From Candidatus Dojkabacteria bacterium (GTDB taxonomy: Bacteria; Patescibacteriota; Dojkabacteria; JAHIVN01), in the NCBI GenBank assembly GCA_016932045.1, contig JAFGDO010000010.1, positions 1,759 through 65,758 of the forward strand: 64,000 bases of DNA, read 5' to 3'. The notes under the pieces are model-generated. The model did no database searches, was not told where the DNA came from, and was given only the letters and a program-made list of their open reading frames with translations. Numbering within the stretch: the first letter of the stretch is position 1; the number at the start of each line of letters is the position of its first letter. Below are positions 62,096 to 64,000 of the stretch, one piece after another. Both the position numbers and the translations under genes were made by a program.

Positions 62096-62137
62096 TGATT
62101 ATTCTAATTTTCATAGTTCTATTTTCTAGATCTATAT

Positions 62138-62161
62138 AAAAAAACCTCCTTTTCAGGAGGT
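62138..62161 (-). terminator. Attenuator terminator of the Ile/Val leader
   Basis: ACCTCCT-GAAA-AGGAGGT then a U tract on the minus strand. Confidence 0.88.
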
Positions 62162-62188
62162 CATCTTTATTTCAGTTATTTATTTTTT

Positions 62189-62302
62189 TTATTGAGCAGC
62201 TGCGACTTGACCTCCTTGCTCGGCCTGAACCATAAGGAGGATAATAATTACAAAAAATGCTATTACTAAAAATGTCATTACTGAAGTTGTTAGTCGTTTC
62301 AT
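62189..62302 (-). CDS. Ile/Val/Leu/Thr-rich attenuator leader peptide MKRLTTSVMTFLVIAFFVIIILLMVQAEQGGQVAAAQ (ilvL-like)
   Basis: GTA ATT ATT ATC run; segments CCTCCTT / AAGGAGGTCA / TGACCTCCT / AGGAGGT form 1:2, 2:3, 3:4. Confidence 0.75.
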   Translation of the reverse strand: MKRLTTSVMTFLVIAFFVIIILLMVQAEQGGQVAAAQ

Positions 62303-62363
62303 TTTCTTATAATAATTGGTCAAATTTATGCTAAAAATCAGTTCAAATTGTGAGTTGCGGGGT

Positions 62364-62392
62364 ATTTTACAATTATAGATCATAATTGTCAA
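62364..62392 (-). promoter_or_regulatory. Sigma70 promoter driving the tandem attenuators
   Basis: TTGACA-17-TAAAAT on the minus strand. Confidence 0.8.
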
Positions 62393-62481
62393 GACCGACT
62401 AGCAAACTGTTATTATTTGCCCCAACCACAGGCCTAAATCGATTTAAGCCTAAGTGTTTCAAACCCCAAAGTTTTAAACAC

Positions 62482-63309
62482 CTATAGTTGAACTATCTCC
62501 ACCTCAAATACATTGGGCCACAACTTGCCAGTAACAAACAGTCTGTCTTTTTCGCTATCGTAAGCAATTCCATTTAACACATCTGCTTCTTGATCTTGAG
62601 TTAGCAAGCCCTCAAAATTAATTCTTCCAAAAACCTCTCCTGTTTCCGGATCTATAATAACTATAAAATCCGTAAGCCAAATATTAGCATAGATTTTTCC
62701 GTCAATATATTCAAGTTCATTTAAATTCTCAACAGCTCCTTCCTCATCATAGACCTCAACTTCTTTTACTTTCTTTAAAGAGCCTGGGTCAAGGTAATAC
62801 AATTTATCTGTTCCATCGCTCATAATTAAATTCTCTCCATCGTGAGTAAGCCCCCACCCCTCAGTAGGATATGAGAATTCCTTAATTAACTCAAAAGTCT
62901 CAAGATCATAAACAAATCCTTTTTTAGACTGCCAGGTGAGTTGAATTATCTGATCATTGAAAATAGTAACTCCTTCACCGAAATATTTTTCTTCCAAATG
63001 AAAGATTTTTACAATTCCTCCTGTTTCAAGTTCCACTTTGCGGACAGTTGACTTCCCGTTCAAACCAGTACCTTCATATAGATATCCATTGTGAAATATT
63101 AGTCCTTGCGTAAAAGCTTCAGAATCATGTGGATATGAATCTAGCACCCTATAGGTGTATTCAGTAAATTCTTCTTCTGAATCTTTCATCTTGACTTCTT
63201 CCTCTTTTCCTTCTCGCTGTTTTGAAAAATAGTACCAAGAACCAAAGCCTGCCAGAAGTACAATTATGATAACAGCAAAAAAAATAAGAAAAATTTTTGC
63301 TACCTTCAT
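62482..63309 (-). CDS. Glutaminyl-peptide cyclotransferase (type I), membrane-anchored
   Basis: YPHDSEAFTQGL, YFGEG, QLTW, EGWGLT, SDG, LNELEY, VLNGIAYD, VTGKLWP. Confidence 0.94.
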   Translation of the reverse strand: MKVAKIFLIFFAVIIIVLLAGFGSWYYFSKQREGKEEEVKMKDSEEEFTEYTYRVLDSYPHDSEAFTQGLIFHNGYLYEGTGLNGKSTVRKVELETGGIVKIFHLEEKYFGEGVTIFNDQIIQLTWQSKKGFVYDLETFELIKEFSYPTEGWGLTHDGENLIMSDGTDKLYYLDPGSLKKVKEVEVYDEEGAVENLNELEYIDGKIYANIWLTDFIVIIDPETGEVFGRINFEGLLTQDQEADVLNGIAYDSEKDRLFVTGKLWPNVFEVEIVQL

Positions 63310-63497
63310 TTTTAATTCTAAATTATTAATTTGTTTACATTATTATATTAGATTTCACACTTGTTAGGCAAAGGAATGTATCTTTAACTATCAAATTGAA
63401 TCATCTCGATCATTCAATCGTTTCTCGCCCATTGACACTACTATAAGGCTTGATATAATCAGAAAAACCCGTGGATTATTTATTAGCAACATAATCA

Positions 63498-63773
63498 ATG
63501 TCAAATATTAGTCCAGAAGCTACATCAACTATAGAGGCTCAACAAACCATAAATGTTTTCGGAGAAAATGATTGGGATGTTATAGGTCAAATCGAAGCTG
63601 GACAAGAATTCCAGGTTGATCCTGATGATACTTGCTCTTTGTTCGGTGAAAATGATGGACTAAAAGTCTCATGTGGACAACTTGTCGGATGGGCTTCAAG
63701 AAGCGAAATATATCCTGATGGTGAACAAGTACAAACTCCTGAAGCTGGACCGCCAAGTCTTGTTGAACCATAG
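63498..63773 (+). CDS. Small acidic protein, SH3b-like
   Basis: VIGQIEAGQEFQV...LKVSCGQLVGWASRSEI; TTGACA-16-TATAAT upstream (63432-63459). Confidence 0.55.
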   Translation: MSNISPEATSTIEAQQTINVFGENDWDVIGQIEAGQEFQVDPDDTCSLFGENDGLKVSCGQLVGWASRSEIYPDGEQVQTPEAGPPSLVEP

Positions 63774-63811
63774 GATACTCTGAATAAGAGGATTAGACAT
63801 TACTTCCAAAT

Positions 63812-64000
63812 TTACTCATCTTTCAACATCACCCCATGAGCCTTCATGCCTCGCGCAACTTGGATAGCACCTTCAACTTCATCTAAAATTGACAAAGGAC
63901 TTTGCCATCTCGGATCAGAGAATGCCATTCCAGCCACTTGTAATACCAGATCTCCTTCAGGTAATTGCAATTCTTCATCATCACAATCTTCTTCCGGCAT
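63812..64000 (-). CDS. Hypothetical protein, possibly partial
   Basis: ORF runs to the window edge. Confidence 0.35.
   Translation of the reverse strand: MPEEDCDDEELQLPEGDLVLQVAGMAFSDPRWQSPLSILDEVEGAIQVARGMKAHGVMLKDE

Noticed and set aside
62303-62392. Longer 67-aa version of the Ile/Val leader
   Set aside because: Its TTG start is the -35 box of the promoter, so it lies upstream of the TSS.
1-64000. CRISPR array, prophage, IS transposase or rRNA
   Set aside because: No regularly spaced repeats, cas, integrase, transposase, phage structural genes or rRNA-like sequence were seen.

Overview
This is a 64 kb AT-rich bacterial chromosomal segment read in genetic code 11. It looks like a Patescibacteria/CPR genome (inferred; possibly Dojkabacteria/Microgenomates-like, from short AlaRS/ThrRS, a MurB insertion, weak Shine-Dalgarno signals and many lineage-specific surface proteins). 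Housekeeping genes include alaS, thrS-infC-(RNHCP)-rpmI-rplT, pheST, mutL, clpP, glmS-yvcK, murB, two class A PBP paralogs, add, dgkA and tRNA-Val(GAC). The most striking unannotated signal is RNA-level amino-acid sensing. Three ribosome-mediated attenuators lie within about 3 kb on the minus strand: a Phe-rich leader in front of an ACT-less prephenate dehydratase, and two tandem Ile/Val- and Leu/Ile-rich leaders with full 1:2/2:3/3:4 pairing but no recognisable biosynthetic genes downstream. A T-box with an unusually short 5' domain precedes thrS. Other notable items are four-helix-bundle genes enclosed by long imperfect inverted repeats (heptamer-periodic in the intact copy), many similar repeat scars and REP-like palindromes between genes, tRNA relics around tRNA-Val, a three-gene surface locus with a Cys-repeat/amidase giant protein, and a large Ig-repeat surface gene split by a single CAA>TAA change. 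All calls were made by eye; no database searches or folding programs were run.
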